Positions 50,768 through 64,000 of a DNA stretch of 64,000 bases are shown in pieces. The stretch is taken from the NCBI GenBank assembly GCA_964304625.1, contig OZ199838.1, positions 8,081,550 through 8,145,549 on the forward strand. The letters are read 5' to 3'. The stretch comes from Kudoa neothunni. Its lineage: Eukaryota; Animalia; Cnidaria. The notes beneath the pieces were generated by a model. It saw nothing but the letters and a program-made list of their open reading frames with translations, searched no databases and was not told the origin of the DNA. Position 1 is the stretch's first letter. The number at the start of each line of letters is the position of its first letter. Both the position numbers and the translations under genes were made by a program.

Positions 50768-53218
50768 CCTTCTAAAGTCGCCAAAAAACCATCCTCGGAG
50801 GTCTTTTGGGGTCAATTTGACCCCAGATTATTATTTGCTAAACTAATTACAAAAATTGTTACCAATTCAATTTTCCGATATTTTCGATTTCTATCGACTA
50901 GTTTTTCAGTAAAACAATGTGAAACATAAAAATTAATCCTGTTAAATCTTTTACGTAATTATTCGTAAGCTGTTAGGAAATGATCGTACATGTAAGTCAC
51001 TGTTTAATAGCTAATTTATTGTTTAAAATTATAATTTGGGGTCAATTTCTGGGGAAAATATTTTTATTTTAACTTTAGGTAAGCAATAACTTAATACATA
51101 CCCGGAAATAACAATTCTTATTTATTTTCACTTAGGCCGTAATACTTTTTCAGTTGGTTTTTTATCCCAAATTTATATTTTCACCTCGTGTTAAACTCTA
51201 ACTAAACAAATATCGATGAGTGATTACAGCGAATTCAATAGTGAATTAGAATCGCCAGGAAGCGAGCCTGACGACTGCTTTTTGGATTCATCAGTAGATT
51301 CATCCGATTCAATGGAGACAACGGTATTGACAAGCTCAAATCTTAGTAAATCAGGAATTGCATGGGACCCCAAAATACCTCAAACAAAACGCACTTCGGC
51401 GGAAAACATTTTGAACCCCTCTCCTGGTCCTACCGCATATTGTTACCAACGGATTCACAATATTCTGGACAGTTTTTCCATATTTTTTTCAGAAATTATC
51501 TGTAAAAAATACTCGATTGCACAAATCTGTTTGGGAAACATTATTTGAAGGATGACTGGATAGATATGGATTCTATCGAATTGAACGGTTATTTGGGGAT
51601 CCTCATTCTATTAGCTCTACACAAGGATCGTGAAGAGCCATTATCTGAATTATTCAGTCTATCAGAAGGTAGGGAGATATACCGAAATATTTTTTCGAAG
51701 ACGCGCCTTAAACAAATCACAAGATGTCTCCATTTTGACAATTATTCTACAAGGGCGGAAAGGAAACAAGTGGATAAGTTTTGTCCTATACGAGAATTAT
51801 GGGAAATTTTGTCAAGGGAACTTCCGAAGTATTTTTCGCCGAATGAGGATGTGACAATCGATGAACAGTTAATTGCGTTTAGAGGGAGGTGTCCCTTCAA
51901 ACAATATATGCCCCTCAAACCGGCAAAATACGACATCAAATTTTTTCTAGCTGTTGATCCGGCTGAAAAGCATATCATTAATATCTTACCGTACCTCGGG
52001 AAAAATAATAACTCAAACCAACGCAATACAAGAGTTGGGGAAAATATTGTGTTATCACTGTCGGAACCTTTGTTCAACTCTGGGAGGAATATCGTTGCTG
52101 ACAACTTTTTTTCCTCGGTTTGCCTTGCGTCTAAAAATAGAAGTCTTTTCAGCACCACATTTGTATTTTTCCAAAAGAACATGCTCACCTCTTATGTGAA
52201 TAATGAATAAGAGTGTTATAATTTTGTCTACGGAAACTAATAATGTAAAAATTATAAATGATTCTCATAAAAAAATACCTGAAATTATCACATATTACAA
52301 CAAAACCAAAGGAGGGGTCGACACTGTCGATCGTATGTTGGCGTCGGTTTCAACACGTCGATTCACTCGTAGGTGGCCAATGATCGTATTTTTCGATATG
52401 ATAGATTTGTCACTTATAAATGCGTTCTCATTACATAAAATAATTTTCAATTGCAAATTTAAAAGACGTCGTATATTTTTAAAAGAAATCGCACAAGCTC
52501 TCTATCAACCTCTCATAGATCGTAATTTACAGAAGGGGAAAATTGTCAAAGCAAAATCACCCCATTTAGGGACTCCAACCAACACTTTCCAAATCGCCGA
52601 AAAAAGACGTCGATGTGAATATTGTCCTCGAGGAACCGATAAAAAAACTCAAACCAAATGCTCCTGTTGCAATAAATACTATTGCTCAATTCATTCATCA
52701 AAGAAATGTAAGAATTGTTAAATTAGTTAGATACTCCGAATAAAATTTTACAAATTTATATAGTTGTTTTTTTTGCATGAGGAATATTTAGTCTTCAATC
52801 TATCAACTGAAATATTATACGCGAAGTGTTATTTTTTTGTACGATAACTTGCGAAGTGGATCCGAGACTACTAGTAAGGTATTAACACGGATTAAATGTG
52901 ATATTAATTATTATTTTACCAAAAAATGAGTCAATAGAATTCAAAATAAACACGTCTCCACTTTTAAAATAATTTTTATAATAATATCATAAAATAAAAA
53001 CTTGGGGTCAATTTGACCCCAAAAGTCCTCCGAAGATAAAAATTTTTTACATATTATTATTGTGATTATTTTTTCCCCTAATTTTATCATTGTTTACTGT
53101 ACACATATTTAGGAAAATAGATAAGAAATCGAGAAATTTTAAAAAGTGCACAAAGAGTAATATTGATTTTAATTTTACTTTGGGGTCAAATTGACCTAAA
53201 TAATTTTTCATTAAGAAA
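50768..53218 (+). mobile_element. piggyBac transposon (decayed), nested in the hAT element
   Basis: Left end TTAA-CCTTCTAAAGTCG. The palindrome GGGGTCAATTTGACCCC occurs at 50808, ~53003 and ~53182. ORFs carry IDEQLIAFRGRCPFKQYMP, ADNFFSS and YNKTKGGVD. The right terminus is degenerate and approximate. Confidence 0.85.
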
Positions 53219-53288
53219 TTAACATATTTATTAGTACTGGACTCTATTCATCTTGTGTTGTATAAAAATAAAGTTTTAAAGACAATTA

Positions 53289-56200
53289 CAGTCGGTGACC
53301 ACTAATTCGTAATGGCTTCATGCGCGCGCGCGAAAAAAAATAACATGAAAATTTTGATTTTACTATTTAATTTTTAAGGATTTCTACAATAATCTGTTAT
53401 TTTTGATTGTATTTGGGGGCTTTCAATATACTCATACACATACAGTATTTCACGATCAAGATGCAAATTGTCAGCGCATGTAGCGCTTATATCCAATCGA
53501 GATGCAAACACGCTTAAAAATGACGCAAAAAAACTATTATAATGCCTTAAACTTACAACGAACGAGCAATCTAATTGTTTATTTCTTCACTTCTCAGACA
53601 TGCTGAAAAATATGACTTGGAATGTCGAATATAACTTTGGCAGTTGGCTGCTGAGACAACTCTTTAGCTTAATTTAATACATTTAAGCAAGTCTTCATGA
53701 GTTTTTTGGGCCTGCCTTTTCAATTCACACTCTAACTGATTGAAGACTTCCCCAATGGGGTTTAGCATGGGGGAATAAGGCGGCAATAGGAGTACTTTGT
53801 TCCCGCCATTATTTATAATGCTCCTAACATCATCTGTTTTATGGAAGGTCACATTATCCATGATTATCAAGTATTTTTTATTTTCTGTAGCCAAATCATG
53901 GATGGAAAAGTTGGATTAAGAAGTCGCAAAAAACAGATTGGTTTACACCACCTCGATGTAGCTTTAAACCGCATATTTTAGTGGTGCTCATCGCCGCAAT
54001 TAGGGTGATATTTTGCAATATGATGGTTTTTACTCTTAAGTCGACTCTTGTTCCACAAAGAGATCTACCTTGGGATCGACGTGTTGCCAAAGAAAATTCG
54101 GACTCGTCAATGAAAATCATATCTGAGTACGCTGGCTTAAGGGTTATATATTCGTTGACATAACTAAATTATAATTACTATATAAATTAAGTCTTAATTA
54201 TTTTGAATCTTAGAAGAATCGTTCGGCAGTATTCCTATCAATTTACACTAGAAAAATCTTCTAAGGGGTTTAATGAAATTCATTTAAGATTCATACTATT
54301 ACTTTTATTTGCGAATGCATGCTAAACCATTTGAAAAAGTAATATGACAATTGATTGATACATGAATTTTCGAGAATTTTGTAAACCGCACGCGCAAATT
54401 AGCATCATGTCCAGCGATGATTCGTGTTTGTCAGATATCCAAGAGAATAGTTCTAAAAACATAAGAGCCTATAAATTAACTCCTCCATCAACCATAGCTG
54501 AAATTATAATTAGACATAAGGTATTAATATTCGAAAATATAGTTAATGAAATAATGGTATAGAGTGGCATGACTAATCGAGGAATATCAAGTGATCTAGG
54601 CGTACATGAGGCTACAGTTGAATAATAAAAAAATGTAATAAGACTGGTTCTTATTGTCGAAAGGAAACTGGTGGTGATCATCGCTCATTATTAAAAGAAG
54701 AACATAAACAATTCATTCTTCATGTGATTGATGAAAATTGCACATTATCACTCATCCACTTAGCCGATAAAGTTTTCCAACGATATAATTTAAAAGTATC
54801 AAGGCAAACTATCCAGAGAACACTTAACGAGTTTCATTACACCCTTAAGAAGGTTTCTCTTGTCCCAACTGATAGGAACTCCCCCAAAACAATCTGCTTG
54901 AGGCTTGAGTAAACAAATCTTTGTCTTATCTAAATTATTATAATTTAGTTATGTCAACGAATATATAACCCTTAAGCCAGCGTACTCAGATATGATTTTC
55001 ATTGACGAGTCCGAATTTTCTTTGGCAACACGTCGATCCCAAGGTAGATCTCTTTGTGGAACAAGAGTCGACTTAAGAGTAAAAACCATCATATTGCAAA
55101 ATATCACCCTAATTGCGGCGATGAGCACCACTAAAATATGCGGTTTAAAGCTACATCGAGGGTGGTGTAAACCAATCTGTTTTTTGCGACTTCTTAATCC
55201 AACTTTTCCATCCATGATTTGGCTACAGAAAATAAAAAATACTTGATAATCATGGATAATGTGACCTTCCATAAAACAGATGATGTTAGGAGCATTATAA
55301 ATAATGGCGGGAACAAAGTACTCCTATTGCCGCCTTATTCCCCCATGCTAAACCCCATTGGGGAAGTCTTCAATCAGTTAGAGTGTGAATTGAAAAGGCA
55401 GGCCCAAAAAACTCATGAAGACTTGCTTAAATGTATTAAATTAAGCTAAAGAGTTGTCTCAGCAGCCAACTGCCAAAGTTATATTCGACATTCCAAGTCA
55501 TATTTTTCAGCATGTCTGAGAAGTGAAGAAATAAACAATTAGATTGCTCGTTCGTTGTAAGTTTAAGGCATTATAATAGTTTTTTTGCGTCATTTTTAAG
55601 CGTGTTTGCATCTCGATTGGATATAAGCGCTACATGCGCTGACAATTTGCATCTTGATCGTGAAATACTGTATGATTCTAATTTAGCTAATTCATCACCT
55701 AAAGAGTAACCAGCACTTTTGAAAATTATTTTCAAATTTTCTACAAAAATTAGAGCATCTTTAGAAGTGAATTTAGGCTCCGCAGGTTCGTCCTCTACCT
55801 CTTCGGGCTCGCTAACGATTTCCTCGTATGAGACGTTCTCTAAATTATCACATACGGGAAAAAACTTTCTTCAATACCTAATTCATCGACTTCTTCTAGA
55901 GATATGGAACTATCTGGAGATAAAATTTTATTGGAATTTTCTGGTTCATTTACGGATGTTTTTAAGCTGAAACCAGATTTAGAAAAACAATTAATAATCG
56001 TTTCAGGAACTAATGAATTCCAAGTATCCTTAATAAGAGTCATTGTTTCCCATAAATCTAGAGGTTTTATATCCAGTCCAATTTCTGCACGAAGCGTATG
56101 TCGCCTCGTTAAGTTTTTCCGGTCTGTTGCCATAAATGAACGAATAACACCTTGATCCATTGGTTGTAGGACCGATGTGGTGTTTTGGGGAAAATATACT

Positions 56201-57396
56201 ATTTGAACGTTGGAGGGTTTCATGTGTTGATGGCAACTTGCGTTGTCCATAAAAAGAACAATTTTTTGGTTTCTACTTCTGAAAATACTGTTAAGTTTTA
56301 ACAGATAATTTCTAAAAATGCTTGCTGTCATCCAGCCTTTCGTGTTGTACTCATAGGGAACTGGAGTAGCATTTATACTTTTAAAGCATCTAGGTCGGAC
56401 ATGATGACCCATCACTAAGGGGTCTAGTTTTTCGCCATTCATTGAGGCTCCAAGTAGTAATGTGATCCTTTTTCTGACTTTTTACCACAAGACATACTAT
56501 TTTCAGTAGCAGAAACATAACTTTTTTCCTATAATAATATAGATAAATACTTAAGCAAAAATAATTGATTGTAGAATATTGTGGAAGTAATACTATTAGA
56601 AAAAATTTTTTCATTTAATGTATGTAAAAATATCTAATCGAAACAAAAATAACCATTTTTAAGAAAAACTTACGAGGCGTTGATTGATAGAACAGTGCGG
56701 TCTCGTAGACATTGTATATTTGATCCTCTTTATAATTTTCAAGAATTTTAAGAAGTTGAGTCTTCCATTCTGTGATGATTCCTATGGGTGCCATGTTAGC
56801 ATCGCCATGAAAGCTGACTTTTTTTAATTGAATTTATTTTTAAAGCCGCGAAACCATCCGTAGCTAACATTTTTGAAATCGTCATCAGAAGCACCGATCC
56901 CATTTCTTTTATTAATTATTTCGATGGACGATAATTCGATACTTTTCGACCTCATCCAAATGAACCACTCATAAATACGTTGATCGGCTTCTTCATCTTT
57001 TCGTTTCCGCATTGATCTTCGTTGGGATGGAAGCAATTGATTCTCAAATGCTTGTGTAATTTTAGCCCTTTTTTCTAAAATGCCATTTAATGTTGAAATA
57101 TAACCTATTTTGAAGTGTTTTTTAATTTCCGTCTTTCTATTTAAGGGCGGAAAACTATCATAATATTTAATTATGTCATATTTCTCTTGAAGCGTTCTGA
57201 ATTTGTGAATTCTTTTTTCGGGCATTTAGAAATAATTACGAATTATCGGTTAATACACACTTTTAAAACTTTTTATTTGACAAAATATTAAAATAACTCG
57301 TATATTTAATTGACAACTCATAATAAACGTTATTTGACAAAATTAACCGAATGGATAAAGTTTTAAGGGATGTTACGAATTAACGGTCATCTACTG
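53289..57396 (-). mobile_element. Tigger/pogo transposon, interrupted by the fold-back element
   Basis: TIRs CAGTCGGTGACCACTAATTCGTAA and (reverse complement) CAGTAGATGACCGTTAATTCGTAA. ORFs 56824-57225 (HTH) and 55840-56442 (MDNASCH, QPMDQGVI). The C-terminus LES-YVYEYIESPQIQSKITDY is continuous across the insertion. Confidence 0.9.
53443..55670 (+). mobile_element. Fold-back Tc1/IS630-type (DD34E) element with ~734-bp inverted arms
   Basis: 53443-54175 is the reverse complement of 54937-55670 except for one indel. TA TSD on both sides. Transposase motifs FIDES, IMDN..FH and LPPYSPMLNPI. Introns at 54521-54562 and 54909-54948. Confidence 0.93.
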
Positions 57397-59610
57397 AATG
57401 ACTTTTTTGGTTAGTAATAATCATTACAAAATTTCCTTCGATACATTAGTTATAAAAGTCACCTCAGTAATGCTCCAATTCGATCTAAAAATTGCAAATA
57501 TTTTAATTTCTTTATTCTAATGAAGGAAAAAATAAATTGTACCAGTATATTCTCTCTTAAATGTTCGTTTTAACAGGGTTTTAATGTAAAAATACAAATT
57601 TCGATAACAACTCAAAACCCCATGGATAAGATTTGCGGGGCCTTCATAATTCTGTATGCAGCTTTCGACAAAAAATTACATTTTTACAAGTTAAGATACT
57701 AACAATAAAAATATATGTTTATTTTAATGTTAGATTATTTACAATTAACAAAATAGATTATGCCCCAAAAAGAGTTTTATATGTATTAAATATTCACCAT
57801 TGATTGTCTAAAATATCTTAAAAATCCACTTTTTAATTTTTCTACGATTACTATAATTTATATTTTATATCATAACTAAACTAACAGTGCATGATTTTTT
57901 GGGGAGGAAGTAAATAATTATAAAATGTCAAGATTGAAAATTAAACAATACTAAATTTTGTTATGTAAAAACATTAGTCATATCTATATTTCATCTATTA
58001 ACATATGAGTAAATTGTTTTTTTAATATTCGGAAAATTTAATGTCAATATATAGAGCATTTAAACTCTCTTGTTGGTTGAATAATTCTTCGAAAAAAATA
58101 ATACAAGTCGTTTCAAATAAAATAGATGCTAAAATATGCAGAAAATACGGATTTTTTTTGGTTTTTGTAACCAAAAATGAGATTACATGTGGGCACGATA
58201 TCGCTCGAATTTGTATTTATCAATTCTTTAAACTCAATTTTTTTAGCTGAACTTTTGTACTCAATATTCTTTTTATATTTTTAAAATAATGATGTTCAAT
58301 TTGTTTTCATAAAATTATTTTACGGAATTAGGCAATGAAAATTTTTTGTAGATAAATTTCAATAATTGCAATTAATTAATAATTGGTTGTAGCGAATCGA
58401 AATTAAAATTAATTTATTGTGAGCCTAATAATTGAGTTTATCCTAAAAATCGATTATTTCTATATTCTATAAATGGGATTGTTTTTAATCTACACACATA
58501 CCCCTCGTGTTAAAATGCTATATTTACTTACAGAAAAATTTTTATTCATTCATTTTGTAAATTAACTTTGATTTTTTGTATATTTTTGCATTATAATAAA
58601 TGAAAACTGATCAGTCTAAAAAAATAAGTTTAAATTCATAATTTTGTACGACTTAAAAATCTAAAATTATTTTAATTTTGATCGGATCTCGCATCCCTCC
58701 CCGTTGGGAACCTCTGATCTTGAGGTTTCCGGAGTTAAACGCCGCGAACACTTTTTATTTGATTTAGAAAATTAATTGTTCTATTAAGTTATTGCCAATT
58801 TAAAATAATTCATATGGTGATTGTAGTTCAATTGTTAATCGATTTATAAATACATTTATAAGCTAATACCTCAAAAGTGTTTATGTAATACAAATAACAG
58901 ATATATGTTAAAAGCTTTAAATTCCTTTGTTTTAAAATTAGTTGTAAAACTAAAAACTTTTCTTACTCGTATACTAAACTTGTATAAAAATTTTTGTACT
59001 AACAAATTTTGTCCATTTTTTGACCCAAATAATTCCTAACGAGTAAATTTCTTGTTGAGTGGACGATATAAATACTTTACAGCTATATCATCTTTATATT
59101 GTTGAGTTAACTTAAAATTATATATTTTGAAGCATTTATTGTTAGAAGAATATAACGAAAATTCTAGCGCGTTGAGAACGACAAACTAAATTTAAATGGA
59201 CTAACTTAAACACCTTAATATTTGAGCTACAAAACTCTATCATCTTAAGTAAGCATTCTTTTTTAGACTCATCCGAAAGAGAATAATATTCTTATATTCT
59301 TTGTTATAAAAAATTAATACAACATAGCTCTAGAAATTTTTTTGATACAATTCGTTTTCCTCAAGATCCTTAGAACTTCTTATCAACGTTACCGGTTTAA
59401 TAGGATAATTTTAAAGTATAATATTAACAAACTTTATATTTTTAATCTCTATTAACATTTGAAACTTTATAAATTTTGTATTCAAAACAATTTGATCACG
59501 CATCCTTGTTCGTATGGTGAGGGTCATGCCTTATTCACGCGATGCGGTCATTTTTCTTATGCGATTGTTGCCCTGAAAACGTCCCCCATGCGGAATTTTT
59601 GATATATCAT

Positions 59611-62600
59611 CGTTGAGGCTGGATGATTGTGTGTGGGTTTCTAGAATAATCCGTTACGTACTGGTGAGATAATTACGACATGTGTGAGATGCTGCTATCT
59701 GTGGAACCTCCGTATAATATTAGCCTCTCATAAGAACCCATTAGCTTACCTTATTATTATTGTCATATTTAAACGGTGGTTTCTTGTCTTAACATTGGCG
59801 CAGTAAGCCACTTGGATTCGTTTGATGGAATTGATGTGGAATCTTGGTTAGCAAAGTTTGATTTACTCCAACTCCACAGAAATATTCCGGAGGAAAGACA
59901 TACGTTGGAATTATTGGTCTCGTTGTCTTCGAAAGTGTTTATTATCTTTCAGGAAATTGGTTTCAAGTTGAACTCACCTTGCGCTTCTGTAAAAAAATTT
60001 CCTAAGGCAAGATTTGGAAAAGTGAAGGACTCTCATGTTGCACAACGGGAGTTTTCTACATGTTCTCGAGAATGTGGAAAGCTCTTGTAGAATTTTTAGA
60101 GGAAAAGCTGCGTATTCTTCCATCGGACCTGATCAACTTGATCGAATAATGAAAAATCAGTTCATATATGGTGTTTTGTCAGCTGAAACAAGAAAGATTC
60201 TTCTTAAAAATCCGGAAAATTTTGAGGAAGTCTTCGAACTGGTTCAAAAACTTGAATTTTCCTTAAGTAAAGATGTGGAAGTATCATCTGATGATAAATC
60301 CATACCAAATGTACTGATAATTAAAAGGGACGAAACGCTCTTGAAAACATTGCGTAGATTTTTGATATATTAGAACAAAAATAAAGAAAGAAAGCGACGT
60401 GTTACAACTGTGGCAAATTGGGACACTACAGGAATAATTGTTAAAAAAACAATATGTGAAGTGTTCCGCTTCTTCTTTGTTATTTTTACCGCTAATAATT
60501 GCAAATACACAAGTTTAATGTATGAAGGATACGGAATCTCAATCAAGCCTGATTGCCATAGTTTATATGGAAAAATCAATACAAGAAAAATGAGACCTAC
60601 AGCTGTGAAGTTATTATCTGCTTGTGGTAATGATATGAGTTTAAAAGGTGTTGTTAGTCTACCAGTGAAGTTTGAAGATCAATTGATTAATCAAAAATTT
60701 GTTTTGGCCGATGATCTGTTATTTGATTGCATTATTGGAATGGATATGCTGAATATGATGGATTTATCTGTTAAACTTGGAAAATATACGCTAAACACAC
60801 GAGAAAAAGATTCTGACAAGCGGGAGAGAGTCGTGCTACTAAATATGGGAAAACCCGTTAAGAATGTTACTTATCACGAAATAGACACTGGGCCTCACAA
60901 ACCAATTAAATATTTTCGACGCAGAATTCCATATTACCGTAGAGAAATAATGGCAAGTTTGATTCAAGAGATGCTTGATAATGATGTGATTGAAAAATCT
61001 TCGTCCGAATGGGTCTTCAGTGCTGTTGTGGTACCAAAAAAAATGGGGCAATTTCGCTTGTATTTGGATTATAGAAAATTGATTTCGGTGACCATAAAAG
61101 ACTCGTTTCGTTTATCTCGAATCGATGACATACTTGATTTAATTGGTAATGTCAAATTTTTCTCTGTTTTGGATTAAAAAAAAGATTACCACAACGTTCA
61201 AATATTGCCTAAAGATAGAGAAAACCCCGAATTTTATGGAGTGGATGGCATTTACCATTTTAAAAAGATGCTGTTTGGATTGTGCAACGCACCAGTGACA
61301 TTTCAGACTCACGAACAGAGTGTTGGATAAGATTATAGGGATTTCACGTCGTGTATATTTGGATGATGTCATTGTATATAGCGATAATTTGGATAGCCAC
61401 AAAAAAGATGTTGATAACATTATCAAGACATTAAAGGGCTGCATTCAGAAAATTAACGATGAGAAGTCGACGTTATACAATGATCAGGTGAAATTCTCGG
61501 GTCATGTAATTAGTGGAAAAGGAATGATGCCGGATCCATCTAAAGCCAGTGTCATTGAAAACTGGCCAGTTCCTCTGAATGTCAAACAACTACAAAAATT
61601 CTTGGGATTAGCCAATTATTACAGAAAGCTTGTTAAGGATTTTTAAAGAATATTAGCGTCATTGTATAATCTTTTAAAGTCGGAAACTGATTGGTATTGG
61701 TCTTCGGATTGCAAAGCTAGCTTTGAAAGTTTGAAAGAGAAATTATTGATCCAGTGATGTTGACATTCCCTATGCAAAGAATAGCTATTGATGTAATTGG
61801 ACACTTATGTGTGACAACAAATGGAAACCGGTTTATTTGCGTTGTACAATATTATTTCACTAAATGGGCGGAGGCTTTTCCAATCAAAGATCAAGAGACA
61901 AAAATAATTGTAAAAAAGCTGGTTAAACATGTTTTCAGTCGATTTGGAATACCAAAGATAATTCATAGCGACCAAGGCAGAAACTTTGAGTCGTCTTTAT
62001 TCTACGAAATGTACAAAGTTATGCGTATTGATAAAACTAGAACATGTGCTTATAACCCTAAATCTGATGGAATGGTGGAGCGATTGAATAGAACCATTAT
62101 CGATATGCTTAGTAAAGTATCATCAAATAATTCGAATTGGGACAAGCTGTTTCGCTTATTATGATGACATACAGATAGGCGACACATTGCGTCAAAATTT
62201 TCTCCAAATTATCTTATGTTAATGAGGGAAATTAAATCTCCGCTGGGCGTTATTTTGGAGACTGATAAAGTTGCCACTGTTAAAGAAGATTACATTCGTT
62301 GTTTGTTAAAAGACATGAGGTTGGCCCATAATGTTGCTGTAGGTAATATGGAAATGGAGCTAGAGAAAACTAAATCTCGATATAACAAGCGCGCTTATGG
62401 AATCCCCTACAATATTGGCGATAAAGTATGGGTTGGTATTCCAGTTAGGAAAAATAAATTAGACCCATTTATGAGGGTCCCTATACTGTAAAACAAAAGA
62501 TTTCGTATTCTGTCTATAGATTAGACATGAATGGTAGGTAAGATTATTGTAACCAATTTTGATAAGATGAACCCTATGTTGATCGGAGTGAGCTGATTAG

Positions 62601-62842
62601 GAAAGAGCCCACAGAAGAACCTCCATTTGCCGAAACTATCGAAATGGGGGATAATGTTAGGGCTGGAAGATTGTGTTTGGGTTCCTAGAACAATCCATTA
62701 CGTACCGATGAGATAAATACGATCAGTGTGAGGTGCCGCTCCCTATGAAAACCCCTCTGTATAATATTAGCAGCTATATAAGATCCTATTAGCTTACCTT
62801 ATTATGATTGTCATATTTTAACGATGGTTTCTTGCCTTAACA
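59611..62842 (+). mobile_element. Decayed Ty3/Gypsy LTR retrotransposon
   Basis: Diverged LTRs at 59611-59794 and 62655-62842, 5-bp TSD ATCAT, PBS TGGCGCAGT, PPT-like AAATGGGGGATAA. Fragmented gag, protease, RT (YLDD) and integrase (HSDQGRNFES, GMVER). The RNase H region appears deleted near 61750. Confidence 0.92.
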
Positions 62843-64000
62843 ATCATATTATAGCAAAATTTGTCATTTAAGAGAATAATTTTATTTTATTCCCTCCTCG
62901 ATAAACTGAGCCAAAGTTTTTTCTCGTCATTACACATATTACAAGAATTATTTAATATTGGTATTGAGGTTTGTATTGTATATGATCCATTATTAAAAGA
63001 AAACCTGTATAATCAATTAGGTTTCTGAGTGTACTTATTCAAAAAAGTTACATATCATTTCAAAAAATAGCAATTTATTATGAAGACTTTAATTTTGTTG
63101 GTTATACCATTTTTCGATGATTTCGAGCAATTTTCTGGTTTAAGGTATGTGTAGAATTCAAAAATTAAAATAATATTGCAGCAATAATATGATATAATTC
63201 ACCACTAATTTTACTATGAAGTGTTTCTAGGGAATAAACTTTATAATAGCTTGACGGAATAATTAACAATAAAAATTTTATTTTAATCGCTTTTAGAATT
63301 TTAACCTTTACTATTTTAAGAATAAAATTACTTAAGACAAGAAAATTTTGGAAAACAGGCAGGTACTTCATCGTTTAATCCATTAGTATATATTATACTG
63401 TTTCGATGAATTTCGCACAAATATGACAAAAAATGATTGAAAACTATTTATTGCAAACAGTAAACAACAAAATTAATATCTAACAACATCAAGCGTTTGT
63501 CGACAAACCTTGGAGAATATTGCTTACCCGGAGATCACTCGAAATTAGCTCAAAAGTCACGTGTTATGAACACTAGGCACAGTCGAGTGCAGTAAATGAG
63601 TGATTTTGATGTTTGCGAGGTAACGCTATTCAATAATTGTCCTATTATTCTATAATTTATGGTCTATTGATCAATTTGTAACCTTGGATAAATTGTTTAT
63701 TACAATTTCAACAAATATTTGAATAGCGTTTCACAATACATTGCTAACTGTATCATAATGGGTTTATAATTTGGTAAAATATTAAAACTGACTTTAAATA
63801 ATGTATAAAATATTTTACCAATACATATTTTGTTGATAAAAAATTTCCCTCATTTAATATAAGCTAGCTTGGATTATGTGACTCTTTTTGTGTGTATCTA
63901 TTGTATTATGTAATAATAAACACTACTCTAGTGATAAAAATAATAATTAAAGTTATAGTAATCCAATTAAAAATTTTTCTTTATTGATCTTTTTAGAAAA

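Larger units (their letters stand above)
47396..58716 (-). mobile_element. Buster/ZBED8-type hAT element expanded to 11.3 kb by nested insertions
   Basis: The ends CAGCACTTCCCAACT (47396) and GTTGGGAACCTCTG (58716) match the two halves of the 34691 MITE. The TSD is not preserved, so pairing the two ends is inferred. Confidence 0.65.

Noticed and set aside
36969-52721. Possible domesticated piggyBac (PGBD) or ZBED genes
   Set aside because: All have stops or frameshifts and retain TE termini, so they are decaying elements.
1-64000. Prokaryotic systems (CRISPR arrays, IS630/IS1016 insertion sequences, operons), rRNA or tRNA genes
   Set aside because: No repeat-spacer array or structural RNA was recognised. 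Spliceosomal introns and animal genes show that the IS-like transposases are eukaryotic Tc1 and Merlin relatives.

Overview
AT-rich animal genomic DNA. Three host genes lie on the - strand, mostly with 31-55 bp GT-AG introns, inside a dense set of nested transposons. The genes are (1) a divergent NF-YC-like histone-fold gene (4233-4775); (2) a ~25-exon TDRD9/spindle-E piRNA-pathway DExH helicase (4842-27570) that appears to lack its Tudor domain and has two giant TE-filled introns (5005-18539, 20964-25720); and (3) integrin-linked kinase (44054-45999). TEs include several piggyBac, Tigger/pogo, hAT and Merlin elements, two non-autonomous Helitrons, hAT MITEs, one intact 4.15-kb Gypsy (Mag-like) LTR element with 99-bp LTRs and one decayed Gypsy. 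There is also a fold-back Tc1/IS630-type element whose ~734-bp near-perfect inverted arms contain the transposase DDE domain. Several transposase genes carry host-sized introns. All gene models and alignments were made by eye, and reference protein sequences are recalled from memory. A reduced parasitic animal such as a myxozoan is a guess, not something the sequence shows.
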